From: Octopus sinensis
Taxonomy: Eukaryota
NCBI RefSeq assembly: GCF_006345805.1
Contig: NC_042999.1
Location: 42,656,001 to 42,720,000, forward strand
Length of the DNA stretch: 64,000 nt
Direction: 5' to 3'
Numbering within the stretch: the stretch's first letter is position 1; the number at the start of each line of letters is the position of its first letter. A program made the translations under genes and the position numbers. The notes beneath the pieces are model-generated. The model saw only the letters and a list, made by a program, of their open reading frames with translations. It searched no databases and was not told the DNA's origin. Positions 38,366 to 51,055 of this stretch are shown piece after piece.

Positions 38366-38370
<5 letters not shown>
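37408..38370 (+). repeat. RTE 3'UTR with expanded internal 62-bp tandem array and triplicated upstream block
   Basis: CTGGCACCTGTGTCGGTGGCACATAAAAACACCATCCGAGCGTGGCCGT... recurs at 38045, 38107, 38169 and upstream. The ATCAAAATAGATGA.CAT block occurs three times. Confidence 0.85.
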
Positions 38371-38406
<36 letters not shown>

Positions 38407-38777
38407 ATATATGTATATTTGTTTGTATATTTTAGAGTACAACACATGCATATATAAATGTATGAATGTATGTATGTATGTATGTATGTATGTATGTATG
38501 TATGTATGTGCATATGCATGTACTTAAGCACAATTGCACACCTGCTAAGAAACATCAATATCCATCTATTTGCAGAAATGCTAATGTATATACGCATATA
38601 TACTGCACCATAATGACAAACACAAATACATACATACGGACTCGTGTTGCACAGACACACACACAAACAATAAACATGCAATTTTTACACCAACACACAT
38701 ACACACATGCATTCATATATTGCATTGATACATATATAAATAGAAACATACTATACATACATATGCACAAATATATA

Positions 38778-38810
<33 letters not shown>

Positions 38811-39009
38811 CATACATATGTTAATATTAATATTATACACATACATATGTATCATATATATATATTATATATATATATATTATATCTATATACACATGTA
38901 TATACATATATATATATACATATACATATATATATACATATATACATATATAATACATATATACACACACATATATACATATACATATATATATGTATAT
39001 ATATATGTG

Positions 39010-39042
<33 letters not shown>

Positions 39043-39175
39043 ACCACACACACACACCACACATATTGAAACCATCATCGAAATCCTGACATATTCAGAA
39101 ACCAAATACTACCATTACACTATAACTTACAAAAAATAAATAAAAATAAAATAGTAAGGACAAGGCGGAGGTTGA

Positions 39176-39270
39176 GGAGGAGGAGGAGGAAGAAGAAGAA
39201 GAAGAAGAAGAAGAAGAAGAAGAAGAAGAAGAAGAAGAAGAAGAAGAAGAAGAAGAAGAAGAAGAAGAAT
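39176..39270. repeat. (GAG)n(GAA)n microsatellite; (TA)n, (TG)n, (TAA)n and (GATA)n tracts occur throughout the window
   Basis: Direct reading. Confidence 0.95.
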
Positions 39271-39525
39271 GAATGAATGAAAAGAGCAACGGAAGAAAAA
39301 CAGTTTTAAAGAAAATTACATTTCACAGCAAAACACAGTCAAATTAACCTTTTGTGATGCATGAAAAGCTGCAGTCATTGCACATAGAAAAACACTGCAG
39401 AACTGCAGTCACTCCATAACCTATACTTTTCTAAAACCACAGCCACTGAAAAATAGAATGGTGACAAAAGATTCCAATTCCAACTGAAAGCAGCCAATCA
39501 ATTCCTTTCGGCTTCATTATTATTA

Positions 39526-39565
<40 letters not shown>

Positions 39566-40036
39566 GCTGTTGTTGTTGTTAAATTTTGGTTTATTTTGTT
39601 CGGTCTTTTTTGGGGGAGGTATTTTTTTCTTTGTCTTCTAGGTCTTACCATTCTCATAGTTATCGTCACCATCATCGACATCATGATCATTATAATGGTT
39701 TTAAAAGACCATGCTGGTATTCATTGGATAGGTCTGGCCTTAATGCAGCACATCTCCCGTCTGTCTAGCTAGCGAGTCAGCTCACAGCCAGAGTTCAATG
39801 TTCTCAGATCAAACACACACACACAGACACGTGAAAACACACACACGCACACACTCATACACATACATCTCCTAAATATTTTCTTAGCCTACATCTCCTG
39901 CAGATATCGTCCCTCCATCATCGACAGTACTAAAATTAAAATGGCCAAGTCAATATCATATACGTGTACAAGGTCACAGGTTTTAAGTTCAATCTTACAG
40001 CAAGCGTTTTATTGTGTATTTTAAGGGCAGACTCAA

Positions 40037-40256
40037 CCCATTAACATTCACATTATTCTGTCGAAATTAATGCCAATTTATTCACATTGTTTTTAATTAA
40101 TTGCTTATTGTCTTGTAGCTTTGAGATTTCGATAAGGTAACTATTAATTTTTAGAATGACAGTACAGAGTTGGTGTGAGAGGCCAAATCTGGCCACTTTG
40201 TACATAAAACGGGTAGAATATTGTGAAAGAATTTGGCTGGTTTAAATGCTAAAGGG
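40037..40256. mobile_element. piggyBac-type MITE family 2 (second, inverted copy at ~25562-25783)
   Basis: Ends AATGCTAAAGGG-TTAA, with a degenerate left TIR CCCATTAACATT. An internal homologue lies at 25562-25783. Confidence 0.65.
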
Positions 40257-41217
40257 TTAAACCAACATGCTTTTATCCATCTAGATGTCAGGATTAGAGT
40301 CCTAAATGATCTACGAATGCTACCTGAGAAAGACTGGCATTTTATCCACAGAACATTTGCCTCTCATCCATTCAATAACTTTAAGAATAGGTGTGGCTGT
40401 GTGCATATGATAACAAAGTTTGCTTTGTAACCAGCTGTTTTCGGGAGCCAATCAACTCTGTGGTACCTTAGGAAAGTGTCTTCAACTATAGATGACCAAT
40501 ACCCAGTGAGTGAAATTGGCAAAGAGAAACTGCACAAAAATTCATCATACACACACACTAACAAAGAAACACATGCACACACTAACAAACAAACATACAC
40601 GCACATACACACATACATATGTTTGTCTATGTGGTAAGAAGTTTTCTTCCCAGCCATGTAGTTTTGGATTCAGTTTCACTGCATGGAACCTCGGGCAAAT
40701 GTCTTCCACTATAACTCCAGGCTGATAAAAGCCTTGTGAGCAGATTTGGTCAATGGAAACTGAAAGAATCCCATGTATGTGTGTGTATGTGTGTGACTGT
40801 CTCCCTGCTTTGATTTAACATCAAAGAATTGTTGTAAACGAGTTTCCCCGTCATGCAAGTGTATATAGATAGCTAAGAGTACAAATAGTGATTACAATAA
40901 CAGGATCTGAAATCTTATTGGTCTGTAGTTTCCCATAATTAGCTACACAACCAACATAAAGAAATGCTATGTGATTGCTCAAACTGCTAGAAATAGCATC
41001 TGTATTCAAAAAGGGAAGTCACAATGGAAAATGTAAGTCTAGACATTTCAAGGATATTTTCCTTTTTTCGTCCTGCTAACCACAGAAAAAAAACAAATAA
41101 TGAAAGACAGATTAGTCATAGCTGATCATATAATTGACCAATCAAGGATTAGGGGTTACCTGTGACTAAACAAAAATAATACATCCATCTTGCCTCTCTA
41201 AGAAATTTAGTACTAAC

Positions 41218-41322
41218 CTTGCTGAATTCCTGAAAGATGTAAGATAGAGTTCTTGGAATAATGCCTCTGTCAGCATATTTCTCAGCCCCTCCTGTGATTG
41301 TAAATGTTTTTCCACTGCCAGT
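41218..41322 (-). CDS. KIF6: KIF6 exon, 105 nt: TGSGKTFTITGGAEKYADRGIIPRTLSYIFQEFSK (P-loop)
   Basis: Acceptor ttttacag, donor GTTAGT. Walker A GQTGSGKT is completed with the previous exon. ITGGAE.Y.DRGIIPRTLSYIF is KIF6-typical. Confidence 0.95.
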
Positions 41323-42745
41323 CTGTAAAATTAAATCAAAACACAAAGTTAGCAAATAATTAACACTTAAAAACCCTTAAATCAATGTTTCATTAGAGAA
41401 CAAGGGACACCATCATTTGATGTTTCATAGTGAACAATGGACATCATCAATTGAAGCTAGGATTGCATATGGGTAGGGGTTTGCAAGAGTGCATAGTGGG
41501 GGAGATATAGGGTAAATGAGAGAGAGGGAGGGTGGTAAGTAACAACCATAAAGATTGGGAGAAATTGAAGGGAGGAAGTGCATGAATTGGGGAAGGTAGA
41601 GGGATGCCAGCATCAAGATAGTAATATTGATACAGGTGGCAAGCTGGCAAAACCATTAGCACACGGGGCGAAACGCTTAGCGGTATTTCGTCTGCCGTTA
41701 CGTACTGAGTTTAAATTCTGCAAATTGGACAGTTCGACCGGGGTCTGGGAAGCCAGGAGGCTGCACCAAGGTACAGTCTGGTCTGGCAGTGTTTCTACAG
41801 CTGGATGCCCTTCCTAACACCAACCACTCTGCAAGTGTAGTGGGTGCTTTTTATGTGCCAGGCAAGGCTGGCAATGGCCACGATCGGTTGGTGCTTTTTA
41901 CGTGCTACTGGCACAGAGGCCAGAGGCCAATGAAAAAATAAGTAATATTGATACAGTTAGCAGGTGGAGAAGGGAGATAAGATGATTGGGTAGGCTGCAG
42001 GAGCAGAGTAAAATCATAGTGCATGATGAGGAATAATTTGGTGGTTCTAAGGGGGGGATGGAATGGTCACTGTAACGAGGGTGTAGAGAATAATATTAAT
42101 GGATAAAGAATGGCTAACAAGAGAAATGATTCTGGATAGCAAGGAAGAAAAATAGTATCAGAAGTGGAGAAGAGCTACAGTGGGAGAGATGTGGGGAGGA
42201 AAGACAATGTGAGAAGGAGATTGATTGATTACCTTTTTTTGTTTATGTACAGTTATATATATGTAAAGACATATATAAAACATATATAAAAGTAGTCAAA
42301 CATCAACTGAATGATTATTACTCAATACATTTAAGTAAACGCATCACTTTTATTTTTATGTTTCAAACTTGTACAAATCAATGGTTTTGTCAGATTGTTG
42401 GATGAAGCCAGCAACTAGTGAAACTTTGAAATCAGTTTTCCTGGTGATATGTAATATATATATATATATTTTCCATGCTAGCATGGGTTGGACGGTTCGA
42501 CCGGGGTCTGGGAAGCCAGGAGGCTGCACCAGGCTCCAGTCTGATCTGGCAGTGTTTCACAGCTGGATGCCCTTCCTAACGCCAACCACTCCGTGAGTGT
42601 AGTGAATGCTTTTTACGTGCCACCAGGAGAGGCTGGCAACGGCCACAGGGATGCTGAATATATATATATATATATATAATATATATATTATATATATATA
42701 TATATTAGGGAGTAAATCTAAACTTACAAGAAAAATTAGATTTAG

Positions 42746-42845
42746 NNNNNNNNNNNNNNNNNNNNNNNNNNNNNNNNNNNNNNNNNNNNNNNNNNNNNNN
42801 NNNNNNNNNNNNNNNNNNNNNNNNNNNNNNNNNNNNNNNNNNNNN
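42746..42845. other. Assembly gap (100 N)
   Basis: Run of N. True length unknown, so the 10.7-kb intron size is approximate. Confidence 0.99.
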
Positions 42846-44535
42846 ATAAACAATATAAACAAGGGCAAAAGAAAAAAGATTTCTATGGCCATATGCTGGG
42901 AATAACTTTAAATTGTCAATCACCACATTACAATATACATTCATATAGTTATATATATGTATATATATATATATATATATACGCCATGACATCAGAGCTT
43001 GACATTAACATTTAACCTTGATACAGTTCTGCAGCTCCTCACATCCTGTCCAACTGTCCAAATCCACCAACATGGAATGTGTGTGTGTGTGTGTGTGTGT
43101 GACTCAAAAAGAGAGAGGGAGAATCAGAGAAAAAAATCTAAGTTTTCAGCTTTCAGTAAACATACCATATATCAATATACTATATATATATATATATATA
43201 TACATACGGGGACACACATATATATGATAACAAAGTATTTTACAATATTTTGCAATATAATTTTTTACACATTTTAAAACACTTTTAAATCTATTTCCTG
43301 TAAGGCATATATCGGAGTGATTAAGTATATTTAGAATTTCATATAAACTTCTATAGAAATGCAGCATAACTAAACCTTGGTCTGAAACAACACATTTTAC
43401 CAACTGGAGTGGTGCCTAGCTCCCGCATGTTAGAATACAACAAGACAATATCCTTTGCCTAGGGATGCAGTGAAGTATCAATAACAGGATTCAAATTTAT
43501 GAGTTAAGGTGCCGTAATTCCCTACCCTGGACAACACAAATTATTTTCTATATTGCTTTGAAAATTATTTCAATAGAATTTAATCCCAATTGTGTGGAAT
43601 TGTTGAAGATCATTGACACCTCTTACAACGTCGTCTTTCATGTCCTCGCTTTACGTTATGAGGCTTAACTATCATTGAAAACAGGGCCTAGAGAGAGATT
43701 GGAAGAATTCAAAAGAATTAGTTCCATGAATATAGCACAGGCAAATTCAAAAACTCAGTGTTTGAAGGATTCATTTGTCTTAATATTAACGAATGACAAT
43801 AATTAATCTTAGAATTTTAAAGCTCCACCAGCCAGGTATTTATTATTTCAGTGTGAAAGGAAGCAAAAATGGTCAAAACGGTTGACAAAGTACAGCTAAA
43901 AAAATGAAAGGAGACCAATCATTGAGGTTAATTACTAACAGAAACCATCCGCATAAGATGCAATAGTTAATTATAATTAATATAATTAATGAATTAAGTG
44001 TTAAATATCTAATTATATACATTTATGCAGTGAGGAAAAGACAGCGTTAAGCTCTATGATTAATATTATTTCATTATTTTGATAACAACCCCAGGCCCTG
44101 ACCAAGGCCTTGTGAGTGGATTTTGTAGACAGAAACTGAAAGAATTACACATATATATATACATATGCATATGTGTATGCATGTGTGTGTGTGTATCTTT
44201 GTAAGGACAACATGCGATAGTTGTAAACGAACATCCCTGTCATACAAGTGATGTTGTTAATTTCCAGCCTACGTCTGGCAATGCAGAAACATTATCTTGC
44301 TTGGAAACAGGTGAAGGTTGTCAGCGGGAAGAGCATCCAGCCATAGAAAGTCTGCCTCAGCATATTCCATTTGAGCCATGCAAGCATTTAAATGATGATG
44401 GCAACAACAACAACGACAACGACGATGATGATGATGATGATAATGGTGATGAGGATGATAGTTTTTCATACCTATTCTCAGACAGCCGTGTACATCGAAA
44501 TAGTGGCTCTCTTATCACTACTTTGGGAAGTTTAG

Positions 44536-44837
44536 TGAAGTCTATGCTTTGCTGAGGAGATCTAATAATACTGAAATATGTTCAGAGTTGTCTTTTATAT
44601 TTGGCCAAAATAGTTAAATTGATATTAATCTCCAATACATAATTATTTATAAGTACTTAATTATCACTATACTAAAAGTGGTAGCACAAACTTAAACACA
44701 TGTTAAGTCTGTGTTAGTATATTTAATGCATAGAGAATTAAAATGCTGACTAGAAATAATTATTCAATGGCTGGAATGGGAGACAACTTCAGACATTTCA
44801 GTCTTATAATGACCTTATCAGCAAAACACAGACTTCA
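44536..44837. repeat. Tail-to-tail inverted pair of ~58-bp hammerhead-bearing arms
   Basis: TGAAGTCT.TG.TTTGCTGA(GG/TA)AG.TC......ACTGAAAT...AGTTGTCT at 44536-44593(+) and 44781-44837(-). Confidence 0.7.
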
Positions 44838-47150
44838 TCATACTTTACCTTCTAAGTAATTTTAGTTTTTATTAACCACCCCTTATACGATTTTATACAT
44901 TTACTTAATGATTTTTTTATCATTTCTTTGATATGTAGTGACAAGTAGATGTTTTGCTAAAGAGATCATAATAAGAATGGAACAGTCATTGCCTATTCAT
45001 TTTTTTTCTCACCACATAATTGTTTTTAGTTAGCTATTTAATTCATTATTCTTCACAATTTCATCACACTTTATACTTATTAACAAAAATGTATTTAGTG
45101 ATCAAATTATTTAAAGTGGCTATATGATGAATGATAATAATGATAATAATTAAGTTAGTGTTAACATATTTAATACGAAATAACTAAGCAGTGTAAAAAA
45201 CTTTACTTAATGGTTAATATCATTTTTACTTTTTCAGCTAACATGAGAGGCAATTCTAAACAGGTTTTCATCTTATTCAGACCTTGTCAGCAAAGGACAA
45301 TCTTCACCATACTAGTCAATGTAGTGATAAAAGAATTAGTAAATGTGTCAATCATGACCTTCGAATGTTGGGCCTCACAGAGGCAATGACGAAAGACCAA
45401 GACCTCTGGAGATATGCTGTGACTGCGAAGACACGACAACTGAAGTGAGTTCATGGCTTGCAGGACGGCCTGCTGTGCTTGAGGAGACCTATTGAGTCAA
45501 GTACATCAACATCAAAATAAAAATCAAATGGAAATTGTAGTTGTGACACCCATGCCTGTGGCATGTAAAAAATACCATCTGAACGTGGCCAATGCCAGCG
45601 CCGCCTAGACTGGCATCCATGCCAGTGGCACGTAAAGAGCACCAAGCGATCATGAATGTTGCCAGCCTCCTCTGGCCCCTGTGCCGGTGGCACATAAAAA
45701 GCACCCACTACACTCACAGAGTGGTTGGCATTAGGAAGGGCATCCAACTATAGAAACACTGCCAGATCAGACTGGAGCCTGGCGCAGCCTACTGGTTTCC
45801 CAGACCCCAGTCGAACCGTCCAACCCATCTTAGCATGGAAAACGGATGTTAAACAATGATGATGATGATGATGATGGTATTGTATATTTGTTATAGTAAA
45901 TAATAAATAGAATCCTTTAGAAGTTAAGTAATACAAATACACCATCCACATAAAAGACAATGGGTACATTAGTGTTAGCATCGTACAGAACATATACATA
46001 CACATACATATACATAGATACATATATCATCATCATCACTTACCATCCATTTTTCCATGCTGGCATGGGTTGGATGGTTTGACAGGACCTGGACAGCTGA
46101 AGAGCTGTCCGAGTTCCATGTCTGTTCTGGCACGGTTTATATGGCTGGATGCACTTCCTAATACCAACCACTTAACAGAGTGTACTGGGTGCTTTTACAC
46201 AGCATTGGCATGGGTGCGTTTATGTGGCACCGGCACAGATGCTTTTTATGTGGCACCTGCACCCACAAGCCTGCAAGGTTAGGATTGCTCAGCTGAAGCA
46301 AGACATAGGGGATATGCCTATATGCAAGGACAACCACAATTTTACTTAGCTTAACATGTCTTTTCAAGCACAGCAAATCACCAGAGGACTTGGTCCCTTG
46401 TCATCCCCTCCGTGAGGTCCAGTGTCTGAAGATCCTTTCACCAATGTCTGAAGATCCTTTCTATATACACACATACGTATACATGCATACAAGCATATAT
46501 ATGTATATACACACAAACACACACACATACAATGTGACAAGTATAAAGGGATAAATTATCCAAGTGGGTACCATAAGGGCGCTCAAATACAGTCCAGGTC
46601 ATGGCTAACCACATCAAGTAGTAAGAAGCACCGAGGATTACTTAGGATAAGCAATCTCACTGTAATTCTTCTGATGGGTAAAATCAGGTTCACATATTTT
46701 TGGGAGTGTAAATCCAAACACACTTACAAAGAATATGGAGACTAGTAAATCTTCCATTTTTGCTTTTAATTTGACAGTTAATTATATAGCATATTAAGTT
46801 AGCAGTTAATTATACAGCACATTTAGTTGACTAACAAAATATGCTGTATAATTAGCTGTTAAATTAAAAGAAAAATTTGAGACATCAATCTCCGTATTCT
46901 TTATAATTGTTTCATGTGCATGTGTGTGTATGTGTGTGTGTAAAGGAACAGGCATGGCTGTGTGGTAAGAAGCCTGCTTACCGACCGCATGGCACTGGGC
47001 TCAGTTCCACTGCATGACACCATAAGCAAATGTCTTCTACTATAGCCGCCTCGGGCCTACCAAAGCCTTGTGAGTGGATTTGATAGACTGAAACTGAAAG
47101 AAGCCTATCATATATATATCTATATATTTACATATATATATGTGTGTGTG

Positions 47151-47183
<33 letters not shown>

Positions 47184-48221
47184 TGCATGTATGTATGTAT
47201 GTATCTATGTGTGTGTGTGTGTCTTTTTGTCTGTGCTTATCTCCCCATCACTGCTCGACAACCAGTGTTAATGTGTTTACATCCCCTGTAACTTAGCAGT
47301 TCAGCAAAAGAGACTGGTAGAATAAGTATTAGGCTTAAAAAATAAGTCCTGGGGTAAATTTCTTCAACTAAAACCCTTCAAGATGGTGCTCCAGCATAGC
47401 AACAGTCAAATGACTGAAACAAGTAAAAGGACGGACAGACAGACAGATAGATAGAGAGATGTATTTTTTACTTGTTTCAGTCATTTGAATGCAGCCATGC
47501 TGGAGCACCAACTTTAGTCAAACAAATTGACTCCAGGACTTATTCATTGTAAGCCTAGCACTTATTCTATCGGACTATTTTTACCGAACCGCTAAGTTAC
47601 AGGGATGTAAACACATCAACATCAGCTGTCAAGCGATGGGAGAGGATAAACACAGACACACACACACATAACGACGGGCTTCTTTCAGTTTCCATCTACT
47701 AAATCCACTCATAAGGCTCTCATCAGCCCAAAGCTATAATAAAAGACACTTGTCCAAGGTGCCAGTTTCTTACCACACAGCCATATATATATATATATAT
47801 ATATATGGCTGTGTGGTAAGAAACTTGCTTCTCAACCACATGGTACTGGGTTCGGTCCCACTGTGTAGCACCTTGGATAAGTGACTTTTATATAAAACAG
47901 AGCTAATTGTGAGAGATTATCAATCTGGGCAAACTACTTCGTAAGCACTCTGTTGGCACACCAGGCTAACAGGATTGTTTAGATTAGTGAAGGACTCGAA
48001 GTATTCCTATGGTAGGGTTCAAAGATATTGTTCATTACAATTCTATATTGTAAACCAATGGCTAGGCTCCAGACAAACAGTTTATTTTTCACATAAATAT
48101 GTTACTAATAGGTTTATTCATTTGGTCTATTGATCAACTGATCTATAGTCTAGCTGAATAAACCTATCAGTAATGTACCTGTAATGACTACTGGAAACAG
48201 CTGTAAGCCAAATATATTCTA

Positions 48222-48604
48222 ACTAGCAGTATCGCCCAGCGTTGCTCGGGTTTGTAAGGGAAATAATTATATAAGCATTTTTAGAGATGTAAAGTATAAT
48301 AGCCATCTCAATATGGCTAACCACAAAGGGGGAGGGGTGTTACTGTAGCTTTTTACGTTCTGAGATTTAATAATAATTTTTAGAGAGTTACTTCCCTTAT
48401 ATATGTCAAAAATGGATTAAAAATGGGAAAAATGATGGTAATTTTTTTTTTAATCGTAGACTCATCGTAGACGCGCGCTAATACCCAGACGGTCTCGATA
48501 TGAATCACGACTATAAGATACCCGGTTTTGGTTAAACTGCACCACAAAATGTGGAGTAGTTAAATCTAATCGTAGAGACAGACACACAACCTCACTTTTA
48601 TATA
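48222..48604 (+). mobile_element. Helentron-type non-autonomous element (HINE/DINE-1-like)
   Basis: Starts ACTAGCAGTATCGCCC.GCGTTGCTCGGG and ends CAGACACACAACCTCACTTTTATATATA. Same family inverted at 6683-7191. Confidence 0.7.
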
Positions 48605-49132
48605 TAATCAATTGAACCAGCCAGGACCCGGTCTGGTGGTACATAAAAAGCACTATCCGACTCATGGCCGATGCCAGCACCGCCTCGACTGGCTTCCGTG
48701 CCGGTGGCACATAAAAATACACCAATCTGACTGTGGCCGTTGCCAGCCTCGCCTGGCACCTGTGCAGGTGCACGTAAAAAGCACCCACTACACTCACGGA
48801 GTGGTTGGCGTTAGGAAGGGCATCCAGCTGTAGAAACATTGCCAGATTAGACTGGAGCCTGGTGCAGCCTTCTGGCTTCCCAGAACCCCGGTCGAACCGT
48901 CCAACCCATGCTAGCATGGAGAACGACGTTAACGATGATAATGATGATGATGATGATGATGATTCCTCTATTTACATAATATTGAGGTCTCTTTCTTTCT
49001 TTTGTTATCTTACTGTTTTTACCAATATACATATATATATAATATATATATATATAAATATATATATAGTTACAGAGATGTACTTGCATAGCAAGTGACT
49101 TGATCTGAGATCGTGTGCTGGAACGAAAACAG

Positions 49133-49386
49133 TTGCAGCGTTGAAGGTGTTTATAAGCCATTTAAGAAACACACAAAAACCGTTAGATTCACTCAACATT
49201 TAATTTAATTTGTCCAAATATTTTCGTCGCTTTGAGACCGCGACCTGTTAGCACGATATTTTTGTCAGTGAACCAGGTCGCGGTCTCAAAGCGCGAAAAT
49301 TTTGGCAAATTAAATTTAAATGTTGAAGTGAATGTAACGGTTTTTGTGTGTTTCTTAATGGCTTACAAACACCTTCCACGCTGCAA
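49133..49386. repeat. 254-bp near-perfect palindrome with ~115-bp arms
   Basis: TTGCAGCG.TGAAGGTGTTT...GAGACCGCGACCTG mirrored by CAGGTCGCGGTCTC...AAACACCTTCCACGCTGCAA, with a 26-nt spacer. Confidence 0.9.
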
Positions 49387-49729
49387 TATTATATACACAC
49401 ATATATTATATATGTTGTATGTATGTATGTATGTGTGTATATGTGTATGCATGTATGTGTGTGTGTGTGCGTGTCTGTGCTTGTCCTCCACCACTGCTTG
49501 ACAACGAATGTTGGTTTGTTTACATCCCTGTCACCTAGTGGTTTGACAAAGGAAACAGATAGAATAAGTACAATGCTTACAAAAATAAAACTGGAGTTGA
49601 TTCATTAAACTACAATTCTTCAAGGCATTGCCCCAGCATGGCCCAGACCAATGGCTGGAAAAAGCAGAAGAATAAAAGAATACATTCTCTGCTTTGGTCT
49701 TATGTTCAAGGCATGAGACAGCTTGAGTT

Positions 49730-50035
49730 TACATGAGAAGGCCTAACAGACCTGGTAGAAACAGCAGCCAAATCTCCCCAATCACACCTTACTGTCTTAT
49801 GTATATTAATATATATATGAGCCAATGAGGGGGACCTCTACATGGTAGCTAGACCTGGTAGAAATAGCAGCCAAATTTCCCCCAAATCACACCTTACTGT
49901 CTTATCTATGTATATATGTATGTATGAGCCTATGAGGGAGACCCCTACATGGCAGCTAGACATGGTAGAAATAGCAGCCAAATCTCCCTCAAATCACACC
50001 TTACTGTCTTATCTTTCTGCTACTTGGATATAGGT
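49730..50035 (+). repeat. Three tandem copies (~110 bp) of the head of repeat family F; other F copies at ~27490(-), 28850(+), 35490(-), 36600(-), 61930(+)
   Basis: CTACATGG.AGCTAGAC.TGGTAGAAATAGCAGCCAAAT.TCCC..AATCACACCTTACTGTCTTAT occurs three times. Confidence 0.75.
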
Positions 50036-50533
50036 GTTATATTCATCGTAAAAAACTTTCCTGTCACACACTCACGCACACGCACACACACACACACACA
50101 CACGCAACCTCACACACACACACACGCGCACACACACACACACACAACACGCACGTTAGCTTACAATTTTATTTATATATTTGCGTGTCTATGTGTGGAA
50201 AGAGGAGTGGGAGGCAGAGTGAAAGAATCACTCACTACAGTAAGTGAATTACTTTCATTTTATTCGTTGCCCACTGTGTGTGTGCGTTTGCGTGTGGTGT
50301 AAACCAGACTAAGAAAAGCATTTGACACACACACCAGAATGTGAGTTTTCTGTAATTTTGCTTAATTGGAGTTTAATTTTAAAAACTGGACCTGGCATGA
50401 CGCGATGCATTGTACTCTTAAAAATGCTAGGTAAATTGTAATTGAAGAAATCCTATATTGTAGATTTGTATAACTCCCAAAGGGAGGCAGATAAAATCTG
50501 CCTTTTATAATAAGAGATAAAGGAAAATATATA

Positions 50534-51055
50534 CTGTAAATCCTCGAGTATAATCCACATTTTTTTCCCAAAATCTAAAGGTCAAAATCCCTAGTGTGTA
50601 CTATATACGAGGTTAAAAATGAAAAATATATTCTAAGCAATGTCCGAGTCTTTATTTGCTGTCCGGCAATATTTATTCAAACGCATTTTCTGATGTTGGG
50701 TGCAAAAATACCTTAAGCTAAACCTGAAAGCAATGAAGTCATAAAAGAATCATCCATAACTTGCAGTAAGCAACAGTTATTAAAATAAAAGTATTAAGAA
50801 CACAGAATAACATGAAACAAAAACAATTTACAAACATATTTACATTCCCATATAACAGTTAAGAACATCACCATTATTGTATTATGCATGCACAGAAGTG
50901 TTTGTTCGACTAGGTGCTGCTGGCTTAATTATGCACTACTCAAGTTAGAGAAGGGGTGCGTATTATACACAAGGTTTAGGTTTTTCAGAGGTGCAGCTCC
51001 CTAAAAATCCCCTGCGTATTATACTCAAGGGCCGACTATACTCGAGGATTTACGG
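50534..51055. mobile_element. Non-autonomous Tc1/mariner(pogo)-type MITE
   Basis: TIRs C(T/C)GTAAATCCTCGAGTATA(A/G)TC at both ends, TA on the left flank, subterminal GCGTATTATAC repeats. Confidence 0.75.

Noticed and set aside
42746-42845. ORFs spanning the N run
   Set aside because: Assembly gap artefact.
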